A DNA stretch of 62,478 bases, counting the filler. It is 5 parts of 5 records of this genome, joined end to end, with 100 filler letters (N's around TTAATTAATTAA, not from the genome) between each part and the next. Parts side by side here need not be neighbours in the genome. Positions count along the whole stretch, not along the records: positions 26,236 to 32,468 come from SRR31156797_3633; positions 32,569 to 43,427 come from SRR31156797_3636; 3 more parts are not named here. The stretch is one strand, 5' to 3'. A program made the position numbers and the translations under genes. Position 1 is the first letter of the stretch. Every line of letters starts with the position of its first letter. This document shows, in pieces, positions 29,530-39,149 of the stretch. The notes below the pieces were generated by a model. That model made no database searches and was not told where the DNA came from. It was given only the letters and a program-made list of their open reading frames with translations.

Positions 29530-30273
29530 TTACTGCCCGATCCACTTTTTGAGAATCTCTTTGTCGATGCCTTTGGCTTTGACAGCTTTGATGCCTTTGT
29601 TGACCAGGTCGAGTATTTCCTTGTTGCCCTTGTTGACGGCGATGCCATAGAATTCTACTTCACCGGATTCGATAACAGCGGCTATCTTGAGGGCTTCCTT
29701 GTATTTTTTCTGTGCCAGCGCAAAATCGGCCGCAACCGGATCGTCGCAGACAACGCCTTCTATACGGCCATTGTAAAGGTCTTCCATGGCCAGGCCGACT
29801 TCATCATATGTTTTGGACTCGACACCTTTAACGGCCTGAACGGCGAATGTACCGGTCGTACTGATCTGGGTGCCGACTTTCTTGCCTTTCATGTCTTCCA
29901 GGCTTTTGTATGTTGCATCCTTCTTTACAACCAGGGCCTGGCGGACCTTGAAGTAAGGTTCGCTGAAATCCATCTTTTTCTTGCGTTCTTCGGTAATGGA
30001 GACGGAAGAGCAGATGGCGTCGTATTGCCCGCCGGCCAGCCCGGCGAAAATGCCATCCCAGGCGACTGCCTTGAAAACTGCTTTAAAGCCGGCTTCCTTA
30101 CCGGCTGCGTTCATAAAATCAATGGCAAAACCGACAATGTTCTTGTTCTCGTCAACAAACTCCATGGGCGGCCAGGTGGAATCCGTGGCAAAAACGATTG
30201 TTTTGGTTTCAGCCCAGGCAGAGCCTGCAAGCAACGTTACCATTAATGCAAACAAGGCAATCTTCTTCAGCAT
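29530..30273 (-). CDS. Basic/polar amino-acid ABC transporter substrate-binding protein
   Basis: Signal peptide MLKKIALF...AWA; WPPMEF, WDGIFAGL, ITEERKK; GGAGG RBS supports start 30273. Confidence 0.92.
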   Translation of the reverse strand: MLKKIALFALMVTLLAGSAWAETKTIVFATDSTWPPMEFVDENKNIVGFAIDFMNAAGKEAGFKAVFKAVAWDGIFAGLAGGQYDAICSSVSITEERKKKMDFSEPYFKVRQALVVKKDATYKSLEDMKGKKVGTQISTTGTFAVQAVKGVESKTYDEVGLAMEDLYNGRIEGVVCDDPVAADFALAQKKYKEALKIAAVIESGEVEFYGIAVNKGNKEILDLVNKGIKAVKAKGIDKEILKKWIGQ

Positions 30274-30430
30274 CTCCAACCTCCAATAATTAAAATGTTT
30301 TCCGCAAAAACGGCGGGTTAATATAACAGAAAACATGTAACATTAATGACCGGCCTTCGCAACAAAAAACTCCTAATAATACATTGACTTAATTAGCTCC
30401 GCCCCTGAACGGCGCAAGGCCTGAACCGGC

Positions 30431-30790
30431 TCAGGCCAGCGTTTCCTTTTTTACTGCCGCTTCCTTTTTTATCCGTTCAATAAGTTCCTGCAAAACAGGA
30501 AATACCTTGTCCCTTGTTTCCCCGGCCACCGCAACCAGCATTACCGGCTGCCCCGGAACCAGGTCTCCATTGTTAAGGTTTATGGTGATTTCGACAATTC
30601 CCGGCCTGCTTAAAAGTTCCCGCCTGATTTCTTCCGCCTTTTCAGCATCGTGGCGAACATCCATGCTCGCAACCGTGCGTCCCTGCAAGTCAAAGGACCT
30701 TACCAGGCCAAGATGAAACAGGACCATGCCGGCGTCCTTTATCCGGGGATGATTTTGCAGGTCGTTCAATACAGCATTTATATCCATCAT
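30431..30790 (-). CDS. moaE: Molybdopterin synthase catalytic subunit MoaE-like
   Basis: GMVLFHLGLVR, GDLVPGQPVMLVAVAG..R, IERIK...KKE. Confidence 0.75.
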   Translation of the reverse strand: MMDINAVLNDLQNHPRIKDAGMVLFHLGLVRSFDLQGRTVASMDVRHDAEKAEEIRRELLSRPGIVEITINLNNGDLVPGQPVMLVAVAGETRDKVFPVLQELIERIKKEAAVKKETLA

Positions 30791-30929
30791 AATCTTCAGC
30801 CTCCCGAATTCATGTATAAGCCGCTATTTTCCCGTAATTCGCCCTCAAGAACAATCCATAATTATTATACCAGGCAGAATTAATGATAGTCTTGCGGGAT
30901 TTTCCGTTTTCATACTGCCCCTGCCGGCC

Positions 30930-32123
30930 TCAGGGTTTGGATTGATATTCGTGGGCGCCTATGTCCGGCGCCTTTCCAACGGGGCGGGCGGCGCCGTAAT
31001 AATCCTTGTCGACCCCGGCGATTGGTCCGCCGCTGTCGACTACGCCGGGAATCGCCTCTTTAAGTCGTAAGTCGCCCTTTACAACATCGACAAACCAGTC
31101 CGCGCGGGCATTGGTGATATTGTTTCTTACTTCCGCTTCGGCGCCGTCCCTGGCCGCGATTTTCCTGTTTGTAAGATTATCCCTGATAATTACGTCTTTT
31201 GTAACGGGGAACCTGTATTCAATGGCGTTTCGATATCCGTGTTCCTGAAAAATAGTATTATTGTATACCTTGGCCCCAGGCGCCGATTCCAGCACAATGC
31301 CTGCATCCGCAAATCCCTCGGAGTCGTCATGATATATCATGTTGTTTTTTATTTCCCCGCCGACATGTCCCCTGTCGCCCATGCCGAAGCCGATTCCACG
31401 GTCGCAGTTAATTATTTTATTGGAGTCCACAATCGTGTTTTTTGAATTGCTCCAGAAATGGACGGCAAATTCCGCTGTTTCCTTCGAGGGACTGCGTATA
31501 CCCCTGAAAGTATTGCGGCGGACTATCCAGTTTCTGGCATTGTGGGCATCGATCCCGCCGATGTAATACTGCGGCCCAATCCCGGCCGTGTATTCAAAAA
31601 GGCAGTTTTCCACAATTCCGTTATCCGAGCCCGCCTTAGTATTCGACTGGTCGTAACTAACCTTGATCATCTGCTCGAACGAATCCCTGAAAAGAACATT
31701 ACTGATTACCGTATTATCAGCGTTTCGCTCGCCATGTATTTGGATCAAATGATTGGCGACATCAGCCAGGGTGACGTTCCTTAATCTAAAATTACTCCCG
31801 GCAACCCAAAAAATATGGCTGACCGAACCTTTCATGCCTCTACCGCGTATAACTACTTTTTCGCGATTGCCGGACAATCCGCTTATGCTGATTCCGTCCG
31901 ATCCGATCCATAGCCCCTTGTCCAGCTCATATACTCCATCCTTAATCAGGATTTTTTTCGGGCCGCCCCTGTTAGCGCTTTCAACGGCCGCCGCCAATTG
32001 AGCTTCATTTCCAACCACGGTCTCTCCCCCGAAAGCGGTTACGGGCAGAGCAAGCCATATAATAACCAGACCCCAAAACAAAGTTTTTATATTATGATAT
32101 CCAGACATACTCCCCCCAAACAT
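30930..32123 (-). CDS. Secreted right-handed parallel beta-helix protein (pectin-lyase-like fold)
   Basis: Signal peptide; repeated I/V-x-x-N-x-F/I rungs; C-terminal DYYGAARP...PDIGAHE motif; start could be 32108. Confidence 0.75.
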   Translation of the reverse strand: MFGGSMSGYHNIKTLFWGLVIIWLALPVTAFGGETVVGNEAQLAAAVESANRGGPKKILIKDGVYELDKGLWIGSDGISISGLSGNREKVVIRGRGMKGSVSHIFWVAGSNFRLRNVTLADVANHLIQIHGERNADNTVISNVLFRDSFEQMIKVSYDQSNTKAGSDNGIVENCLFEYTAGIGPQYYIGGIDAHNARNWIVRRNTFRGIRSPSKETAEFAVHFWSNSKNTIVDSNKIINCDRGIGFGMGDRGHVGGEIKNNMIYHDDSEGFADAGIVLESAPGAKVYNNTIFQEHGYRNAIEYRFPVTKDVIIRDNLTNRKIAARDGAEAEVRNNITNARADWFVDVVKGDLRLKEAIPGVVDSGGPIAGVDKDYYGAARPVGKAPDIGAHEYQSKP

Positions 32124-32468
32124 TTTTGATCCGCCGGACGGCGCCCTGCACAGACCGGAATCATAGCCGAGTTATTATGACCGTAATTGCATTATAAATC
32201 AGATTTTCATATTTGATACGGTTTTTCATTCCAAGAATGCCGATTCGAAAAAGAAATTTTGTAAAATAGGCCGGTCATTATATTTGATTCAACTTATAAA
32301 ACTCATTTTCAAGCCATAACAAACACATATAACCGCAGGACAACTCTTTTGCATGGATTATCAAGACGGCCTTATGTTATATTTAAAAATGTTCTTTCTT
32401 AGGGGTTGATGAACAATCGGCGGATAACCGGTTCGTTTTTAGGGTCATTTTCGGCGGAGCCGAATATG

Positions 32469-32568
32469 NNNNNNNNNNNNNNNNNNNNNNNNNNNNNNNN
32501 NNNNNNNNNNNNTTAATTAATTAANNNNNNNNNNNNNNNNNNNNNNNNNNNNNNNNNNNNNNNNNNNN
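32469..32568. other. Artificial contig spacer
   Basis: N44-TTAATTAATTAA-N44. Confidence 0.98.
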
Positions 32569-32569
32569 G

Positions 32570-32812
32570 GCCAGGGACCTGGCCGAGGCCCACGGGGTGG
32601 AACCGAAGAAGTCGGCGGGTGTAATGGATATCTTCGCCTGTATCTGTCAGGGCGTCATCCCCTGGGGAGCCCAGCTCCTGCTGGTGGCGTCCATATTCGA
32701 AATCTCGCCCCTCCAGGTGGCAGGCAAGGTCCACTACTGTATGTTCCTGCTGGTCTGTACCCTGGTGTCCCTCTTCCTTCCGGCGAGGGGCAAAGGCCCC
32801 GCCCGCGATTGA
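32570..32812 (+). CDS. NhaC-family transporter, C-terminal fragment (5' end cut by contig edge)
   Basis: MDIFACICQGVIPWGAQLLL resembles the NhaC/MetT-like C-terminus. Confidence 0.7.
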   Translation, partial: ARDLAEAHGVEPKKSAGVMDIFACICQGVIPWGAQLLLVASIFEISPLQVAGKVHYCMFLLVCTLVSLFLPARGKGPARD

Positions 32813-32858
32813 TTCTATAAACTGACTCACTCATGAAAACCTGAGATAAAAGTCCTTG

Positions 32859-32899
32859 AAGGCTGTTCCGCATAAAGTACGCGGAGCAGCTTTTTTTTT
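32859..32899 (+). terminator. Rho-independent terminator
   Basis: AAGGCTGTTCCGC / GCGGAGCAGCTT stem followed by a T run. Confidence 0.85.
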
Positions 32900-33019
32900 G
32901 CACAATCCCGCCGTCCTGTAAAGCACTCCCCCCAAAAAGCCACAAATTAAAATAATTTAAAAAGATTGCCTGATAACCCAATACTTTTTCCTTTGTAATA
33001 AAATATATTTATAATGAAT

Positions 33020-33048
33020 TTGACAGATTGAAGATTAAGAGTTAATGT
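33020..33048 (+). promoter_or_regulatory. Sigma-70 promoter of the ABC/aminotransferase operon
   Basis: TTGACA-17 nt-TAATGT in an AT-rich region. Confidence 0.7.
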
Positions 33049-33161
33049 TATTAAAAATACAGTGAGTTGAGCCATTGAAAATCTTAGATCTTATCAATCT
33101 TTTGAAAAACTTTTAATAAGTAGCCTGTCCGGTTCAGCGGCTGTAATCAAAGGAGTAAGGT

Positions 33162-34535
33162 ATGAAGAAAATCATGAGTCTGTCGTTTTGTTATCTGATG
33201 GCGGCAAGTCTATTCGCTGCGGGAGCCCAGGACGGGAGCGCCGCGGAAGACGCTGATAGACCCTATGCGGGAACGACCATCAGGATCATCGCGGAGCAGC
33301 AGAATCCTACCCTGGCCCTGCAGAATCAGATCCCCGAATTCGAATCGATGACCGGGATAAAGGTCGAGCTGGAAATGGGGCCTTTCGACAGCGTGGTCAG
33401 CAAGGAGATCCTGGCGCTGGAAAGCCGGAGCGGAGCCTATGATGTCATCTCCGCACCCTATCAGTTCCTGGGACAGTTTGCTGAGAACGACTATCTTCAG
33501 CCCATAGATCCCTTCTTCGACAGAGAGGACCTGAAGATCGAGGGCTTTGACAAGAACGACCTGATCCCCGGTATGGTAGCCGCATCGGGCGAGTGGGACG
33601 GCGTGAACTACGGCCTCCCATCCAATACCTGTATCATGATGATGTTCTACAGAAAGGACCTTTTCTCCGATACCGGTGAAAAAAGCGCCTTCAAAAGCCG
33701 CTACGGATATGAGCTGGGGGCGCCTGAAGACTGGGATCAGTACAGGGATGTGGCTGAGTTTTTTACCAGGAAGGCTGGGGAAACTCTGGCCGGGGACGTA
33801 CTGAAAGAGGATTTCTACGGGGTCAGCATCGCCGGAAAGAGACATGACGCCATGACCTGTGAGTGGCTGAACTATGCCTGGTCCTTCGGCGGCGGAGTAT
33901 TTGACGAGCAGGGGAAACTGATCGTCGACAGCAAAGAGAATGTCCAGGCTCTGGATTACTTCAAGTCTCTGGTTCCCTTTTCCCCTCCAGGCGTTACCAA
34001 CAACACCTGGGATGAGCTGACCACCCAGATGCAGATGGGCGTCGTGGCCATGGAGATCTCCTGGAACGACTGCGCTCCTGCCATCGAGGACAACACATCG
34101 TCCAAGGTCGCCGGCAAGCTGGCCTATACCTCCATACCCGTCAAGAAGGCTCCCGCGGCACACTACGGCGCCTGGTCCTACTACATCCCCAAGGACGCTC
34201 CCAATCCTGATGCGGCCTGGCTCTTTCTTCAGTGGGCCAATACGGCCAAGGTCCAGAAAGAGATTGCAAAGGGCGGCGGATTCCCCACGTTGGCTTCAGT
34301 CTATGAAGATTCCGAACTGTCCTCCTCTCTCCCTTACTGGGAGGGCAGCATGAAGGCCTATGAGATCAGTTCTACAAGGCCGAGGATCCCCGAATGGAAC
34401 GCTATGAACAACGAGATGATGCTTGAGCTTTCCCGGTCTATCGCCGGCGAGATCAGTTCCGATGAGGCTCTGAAGGTCCTTCAGATGAAGTACGAAGAGA
34501 TGCTCAAGGGCAAGCTTCCCGTTACGTATCAGTAA
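33162..34535 (+). CDS. Carbohydrate (CUT1, polyol-type) ABC transporter substrate-binding protein
   Basis: Spirochaete-style signal SLFAAGAQD; FE..TGIKV, FYRKDLF, PEDWDQY, PRIPEW; RBS AAGGAG. Confidence 0.9.
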   Translation: MKKIMSLSFCYLMAASLFAAGAQDGSAAEDADRPYAGTTIRIIAEQQNPTLALQNQIPEFESMTGIKVELEMGPFDSVVSKEILALESRSGAYDVISAPYQFLGQFAENDYLQPIDPFFDREDLKIEGFDKNDLIPGMVAASGEWDGVNYGLPSNTCIMMMFYRKDLFSDTGEKSAFKSRYGYELGAPEDWDQYRDVAEFFTRKAGETLAGDVLKEDFYGVSIAGKRHDAMTCEWLNYAWSFGGGVFDEQGKLIVDSKENVQALDYFKSLVPFSPPGVTNNTWDELTTQMQMGVVAMEISWNDCAPAIEDNTSSKVAGKLAYTSIPVKKAPAAHYGAWSYYIPKDAPNPDAAWLFLQWANTAKVQKEIAKGGGFPTLASVYEDSELSSSLPYWEGSMKAYEISSTRPRIPEWNAMNNEMMLELSRSIAGEISSDEALKVLQMKYEEMLKGKLPVTYQ

Positions 34536-34544
34536 AATGTTAGA

Positions 34545-34567
34545 GGGCCGTTGCGAGACAACGGCCC
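34545..34567 (+). other. Stem-loop between the SBP and permease genes (mRNA stabiliser or partial terminator)
   Basis: GGGCCGTTG-cgaga-CAACGGCCC with no U tail. Confidence 0.6.
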
Positions 34568-34585
34568 CATTAAAAAGAGGATATT

Positions 34586-35479
34586 ATGAGTTTGAAAGTA
34601 GGTTTCAGTCAGAGAACAGCGCTGTTGTTCCATCTGCCCGCTATGCTGATTCTGACCCTTGTGACGATGGTGCCCCTTGTCTATAACTTCCGGATCAGCT
34701 TCTACGGTTTCAGCCTGTCCAATCCGGGCAGCCGCGATCTGTTCGTCGGTCTGGAAAATTACAGAAAACTGTTTACCGATGCCGAGTACTGGAGTTCCCT
34801 ATTCGTAACCATACGCTTCGTCGCGGCCTCCACAGTGCTTCAGGCGGCTGGTGGCGCTGTCCTGGCCCTTCTGATTCACTATTATGCCGGGAAACTGCAT
34901 AGGCTGGTGACCTCGCTGGTCATGATACCCATGATGATCGCGCCGCTGGTGGTAGGGCTGATGTTCAGCTTTATCATGAATCCTCAGTTCGGATTGTATG
35001 TGTTCCTGGTCCGGGCCTTCGGTTTAAACCTTTCCCTGACCCCCCTGGCTTCAGGCGGCTCGGCCCTTACGCTTCTTATATTGACGGATGTATGGGAGTG
35101 GACCCCCTTCATGGCCCTGATGACACTGGCCGCCTTGAAAGCCGCTCCCCTGGAGCCCTATGAGGCGGCGAGAATCGACGGCGCGGGAAAGCTGCAGACC
35201 TTTGGCAGGATCACTCTGCCCCTGATCAGACCCGTGGTCGTCGTATCCATTATCCTAAGGGGAATCGAGGCCTTCAAGGTCTTCGATAAGCCCTTTATAT
35301 TAACAGGCGGCGGGCCGGGAAACAGTACTGAAGTCATCGATATGCTGACCTATCGCGCCGCCTTCGTAAACTTTAATTTCAGCTATGCCGCCGCCCTTTG
35401 CGTGGTCCTGTTCTTTATCCTTCTGGGGTGCGGAGTACTCTACTGGGCCCTGGTATTGAGGAGGAGCGAAGATGACTAA
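34586..35479 (+). CDS. Carbohydrate ABC transporter permease 1
   Basis: FVGLENY, DVWEWTPF, YEAARIDGA, TGGGPG. Confidence 0.93.
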   Translation: MSLKVGFSQRTALLFHLPAMLILTLVTMVPLVYNFRISFYGFSLSNPGSRDLFVGLENYRKLFTDAEYWSSLFVTIRFVAASTVLQAAGGAVLALLIHYYAGKLHRLVTSLVMIPMMIAPLVVGLMFSFIMNPQFGLYVFLVRAFGLNLSLTPLASGGSALTLLILTDVWEWTPFMALMTLAALKAAPLEPYEAARIDGAGKLQTFGRITLPLIRPVVVVSIILRGIEAFKVFDKPFILTGGGPGNSTEVIDMLTYRAAFVNFNFSYAAALCVVLFFILLGCGVLYWALVLRRSEDD

Positions 35480-36296
35480 GAGAGCCGCCCTGGCGGGAAG
35501 AACCGTACTCGTTCTGTTTCTGCTGTTTGTCCTAATCTATCTGGTTCCCTACTTCTGGCTGATCTCAACTTCGCTGAAGACCAGGATCGATGCCTTTTCT
35601 GTACCCCCGAAAATCTTTTTTGCGCCTATTCCGGAGAACTTCTCGACCGTTCTGATAGAGAAGAACTTTCTGGCCAACTTCCGTAACAGCATTCTCGTTA
35701 CCGTTGCCGTTACCCTCATATCCCTGGCCATCGGCGTTCCTTCGGCATACGCCTTCTCCCGATTCAGAATGAAAGGGGACCGGATCTTCTTTTTCTACCT
35801 GCTGGGGACCCGTTTCACTCCGGTTATCGTACTGGCCCTGCCTCTGTACTTCATTATGACCGATCTGAAACTTCTGAACACCTTCGCCGGTATTATCACG
35901 GCCCACTCGGCCTTCAATATCGCCTTCGTCATCTGGATGATGAAGGGCTTCTTCGATACCGTGCCCAAGGCCATCGATGAGTCGGCCCGGGTGGACGGCT
36001 GCAACTGGTTCACCGTGTTCTTCCGGATCGTCCTGCCCCTGGCCGGGCATGGCATCGCGGCGACATCGGTGTTCTGCGCCATCAACTCATGGAATGAGTT
36101 TCTGATGGCTCTGATCCTGACGGGACGAAAGACGGCGACCCTGCCAGTGGCTCTGCCCACCCTTATGACGCCTCAGGGGACCTCCTGGGGACAGATCGCC
36201 GCCATAGGTTCGATCATTACCATACCGGTTCTGATCTTCACATTTCTGGTACAGAGATACATGGTCCAGGGCATGAGCGCCGGATCTATAAAATAA
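35472..36296 (+). CDS. Carbohydrate ABC transporter permease 2
   Basis: AYAFSRF, IDESARVDG, WNEFL, QRYMVQG. Confidence 0.93.
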   Translation: MTKRAALAGRTVLVLFLLFVLIYLVPYFWLISTSLKTRIDAFSVPPKIFFAPIPENFSTVLIEKNFLANFRNSILVTVAVTLISLAIGVPSAYAFSRFRMKGDRIFFFYLLGTRFTPVIVLALPLYFIMTDLKLLNTFAGIITAHSAFNIAFVIWMMKGFFDTVPKAIDESARVDGCNWFTVFFRIVLPLAGHGIAATSVFCAINSWNEFLMALILTGRKTATLPVALPTLMTPQGTSWGQIAAIGSIITIPVLIFTFLVQRYMVQGMSAGSIK

Positions 36297-36313
36297 AGAC
36301 TGAGGAGAGAGCT

Positions 36314-37627
36314 ATGACTAGCGAAACGACAACAAAGACATTGAAAGATTATCAGAATGAGGCTTCCAGATTCATTACCGGAGGCATGTCTTCCAGCTTC
36401 AGAGCCAATCAGTATACGGGCATCCCCATGTATACCAGATCGGCCGACGGCCCCCGCTTTACCGATATGACCGGTAAGGAGTATGTCGACTTCTTTATGT
36501 GCCACGGCGCCGTTCTGCTGGGGCATAATCAACCGGATGTGAAAGAGGCGCTCAGAAAGTCTCTGGACAAGGGATACTTCGCCGGCTTCGACTCACCCGA
36601 GACAGGGGAATTCGCCGAAAAGCTCTGCTCCTTCATCCCTTCCGCCGAAGAGATCCGATTTGTGAACTCGGGAACCGAGGGCACCCTGCTGGCACTGAGG
36701 CTGGCAAGAGGCTATACCGGCAAGAACAAGATCATCCGCATGGACGGTCACTTCCACGGTATCCAGGACTATCTGATCGCCAACAACCTCGCGGGTAAGG
36801 TGGATTATGAGAACGACGGTACCAGAGCTTCCAGGACGATCGGGCGCTCCTGCGGCATCCCCGAGATCGTAGACCAGGCCGTGATCGCTCTGCCCTGGAA
36901 CAATATCGGAATCATTGAGAAGACCGTGAGAGAGCAGGGCGACGAGATCGGCGGCATCATCATGAATGTGATCGACTATAACAACGGCTGCTTTGTCACC
37001 ACCACAGAGTATCTTCGGGCCGTCAGGAGGATCTGCGATGAGAACAATATCGTCCTGATCTTCGATGAGATCCTCTCCGGATTTAAGACCGGCCTGAGCT
37101 GCGGCCAGGGGCATTACGGCGTTACCCCCGATCTCTGCTGCCTCGGAAAGGCGCTGACCAACGACGTCCCCCTGGGCGTGGTCGCCGGTAAGAGCAGGAT
37201 CATGAAGAAGATTATGGATCCCCAGAATCCGGTTATCGCCGGAGGAACCTTCTCGGGAAACCAGCTGGGACTGGCCGCCGGAAACGCCGTGCTGGATATC
37301 ATTATGGAACCCGGCTTTTATGAGGACTACATGGCTCGCTGCGACTGGTTCTTCAAGGAGCTTCAGACCGTATTCGATAACGCCCGCGTACCCGCCTATG
37401 TGGACGCCCTGGGCGCGGGATTCCATATCTTTATGGGAACCCGTGAGAGGCTGGAATCCTATGCCGACCTGGGAAGGGCTGACAGGGACCTGGCAGGAAA
37501 TTTCTTTACAAAATGTATCGATGCGGGTCTATACTTTCATACGGACTTTACCGTATCCGCTGCCCATGACAGGGGCGTATTGAGTGAAGCTCTTGAGCGC
37601 TTCGAGGATGTGTTGAAATCTCTCTAG
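36314..37627 (+). CDS. Class III aminotransferase, glutamate-1-semialdehyde-aminomutase-like subfamily
   Basis: FVNSGTEG, GHFHG, FDEILSGF, PDLCCLGKAL (PLP Lys), GTFSGN. Confidence 0.88.
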   Translation: MTSETTTKTLKDYQNEASRFITGGMSSSFRANQYTGIPMYTRSADGPRFTDMTGKEYVDFFMCHGAVLLGHNQPDVKEALRKSLDKGYFAGFDSPETGEFAEKLCSFIPSAEEIRFVNSGTEGTLLALRLARGYTGKNKIIRMDGHFHGIQDYLIANNLAGKVDYENDGTRASRTIGRSCGIPEIVDQAVIALPWNNIGIIEKTVREQGDEIGGIIMNVIDYNNGCFVTTTEYLRAVRRICDENNIVLIFDEILSGFKTGLSCGQGHYGVTPDLCCLGKALTNDVPLGVVAGKSRIMKKIMDPQNPVIAGGTFSGNQLGLAAGNAVLDIIMEPGFYEDYMARCDWFFKELQTVFDNARVPAYVDALGAGFHIFMGTRERLESYADLGRADRDLAGNFFTKCIDAGLYFHTDFTVSAAHDRGVLSEALERFEDVLKSL

Positions 37628-37752
37628 AGGGGAAAATGGAATGCAAGCGCATGCTTGCAATGACGTCGTTTTACGGGTTGTTCTTTACTCTCGGAACAGA
37701 ACCGGATCATGGGCGCCCGGGTCTTCGGGCGCTGCAGAAAGGATAAAAATGA

Positions 37753-39069
37753 ATGAGTGAAATGGATAAGATAATTGCCAGAGACAAGAGCTATGTCGCC
37801 CAGGTCTACGATTCCCACCCGATCGTTTTCGAAAGGGGGGATTCGGTCTATCTGATCGATAAGAACGGCAGGCGGTACATCGACTGTTCCGGACAGTATT
37901 CCGCCTGCAGCCTGGGCCACAGCAATCATGAGCTCCTGGACGCCCTCAAGGAGCAGATGGACCGCCTGATCTCAGTGAACATCATGTTCCTTACCGAAGA
38001 GAGGGCGGCCCTGGCGGAGACGCTGGCCGAGCTGGCCCCGGGAAGACTGAACAAGGTCCTTATGGGAGTGACCGGATCTGATGCCAACGAATTCGCCCTG
38101 AAGGTGGCCAAGTTCTACAAGAGAGGGGGAAAGGTCCTCTCCTTCTGGCGGGGGTTCCACGGCTCCACGGCGGGCTCCGCCGCGGCGACGGGAAAGGCGG
38201 AGAGCATACAGTCCAACCAGTATATCTCCAGCCTTCTGCCTCAGGGTTTCCTCCATGCACCGCCTCCCTACTGCTGCCGCTGCGACTTCGGCATGAGCTA
38301 TCCCGAGTGTGATTTCCAGTGCCTCAAGTATACGGAAAACCTGATACGCCATGAGGCGGGAGATAACCTGGCGGCTGTGATGATAGAGCCCATTATGGCC
38401 GCCGGCGGAGTCATCATTCCCCCCGAGGGCTATCTTGAGAAGCTGAGGGAGATCTGCGATAAGTACGATGCCCTTCTGATCTTCGACGAGGTCGTGACCG
38501 GGATAGGGCGTACGGGGACGATGTTCGCCTGCGAACACAGCGGCGTGGAGCCGGACATCCTTGTCACGGGCAAGGCCCTGACGGGGGGCTATATACCCGG
38601 GTCGGCCGTGATTATGCGAGAGGATATAGGGGCGTTTATGGATAAGATCGTCCTTCACGGTCATACCCATACGGCCTATCCCCTGATGTGCCGTTCAGCC
38701 CTGACCAACCTTGAGATCATCCGGCGGGAGAAGCTCTGCGATCACTCCGCCCGGATGGGAGAGTTCCTTCTGAACTCTCTTAAAAAACTCTCCGCGCGCA
38801 TCCCCCAGATGGGAGAGATTCGAGGCCGAGGGCTCCTGATAGGATTCGAAGTCGTCAAAGACAAGGGCGGCAATGAACCCGACTACGAGCTGGGTAAAAA
38901 GCTCTTTCAGGACTTCCTGGACAGAGGTCTGATCGTAGAGCTCGAAAGCTTCAGGCATCTGGATACCAGCGTGATCGTTTTCCATCCGCCCCTGATCCTT
39001 CAGAAGGAGCATGCGGAACGGATCATGGATATCATCAAAGCTTCCTTCAGCTCTCTCTGCGGAGCCTGA
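37753..39069 (+). CDS. Class III aminotransferase (GabT/omega-amine transaminase-like)
   Basis: TGSDANE, GFHGST, FDEVVTGIGRTG, PDILVTGKALTGG, HGHT, RGRGL. Confidence 0.9.
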   Translation: MSEMDKIIARDKSYVAQVYDSHPIVFERGDSVYLIDKNGRRYIDCSGQYSACSLGHSNHELLDALKEQMDRLISVNIMFLTEERAALAETLAELAPGRLNKVLMGVTGSDANEFALKVAKFYKRGGKVLSFWRGFHGSTAGSAAATGKAESIQSNQYISSLLPQGFLHAPPPYCCRCDFGMSYPECDFQCLKYTENLIRHEAGDNLAAVMIEPIMAAGGVIIPPEGYLEKLREICDKYDALLIFDEVVTGIGRTGTMFACEHSGVEPDILVTGKALTGGYIPGSAVIMREDIGAFMDKIVLHGHTHTAYPLMCRSALTNLEIIRREKLCDHSARMGEFLLNSLKKLSARIPQMGEIRGRGLLIGFEVVKDKGGNEPDYELGKKLFQDFLDRGLIVELESFRHLDTSVIVFHPPLILQKEHAERIMDIIKASFSSLCGA

Positions 39070-39149
39070 CGTCTCATCCCCCTCCCGTTGAGAGGGGGGA
39101 TCTCCAGCTAAGCTGTATATGACTCTGCATTTCATCCGGGAGGTGAACT

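Noticed and set aside
36314-37627. Calling this gene hemL
   Set aside because: Same subfamily, but the N-terminal motif is TGGMSSSFRA rather than PGGVNSPVRA, no tetrapyrrole genes are nearby, and it sits in a transporter operon.
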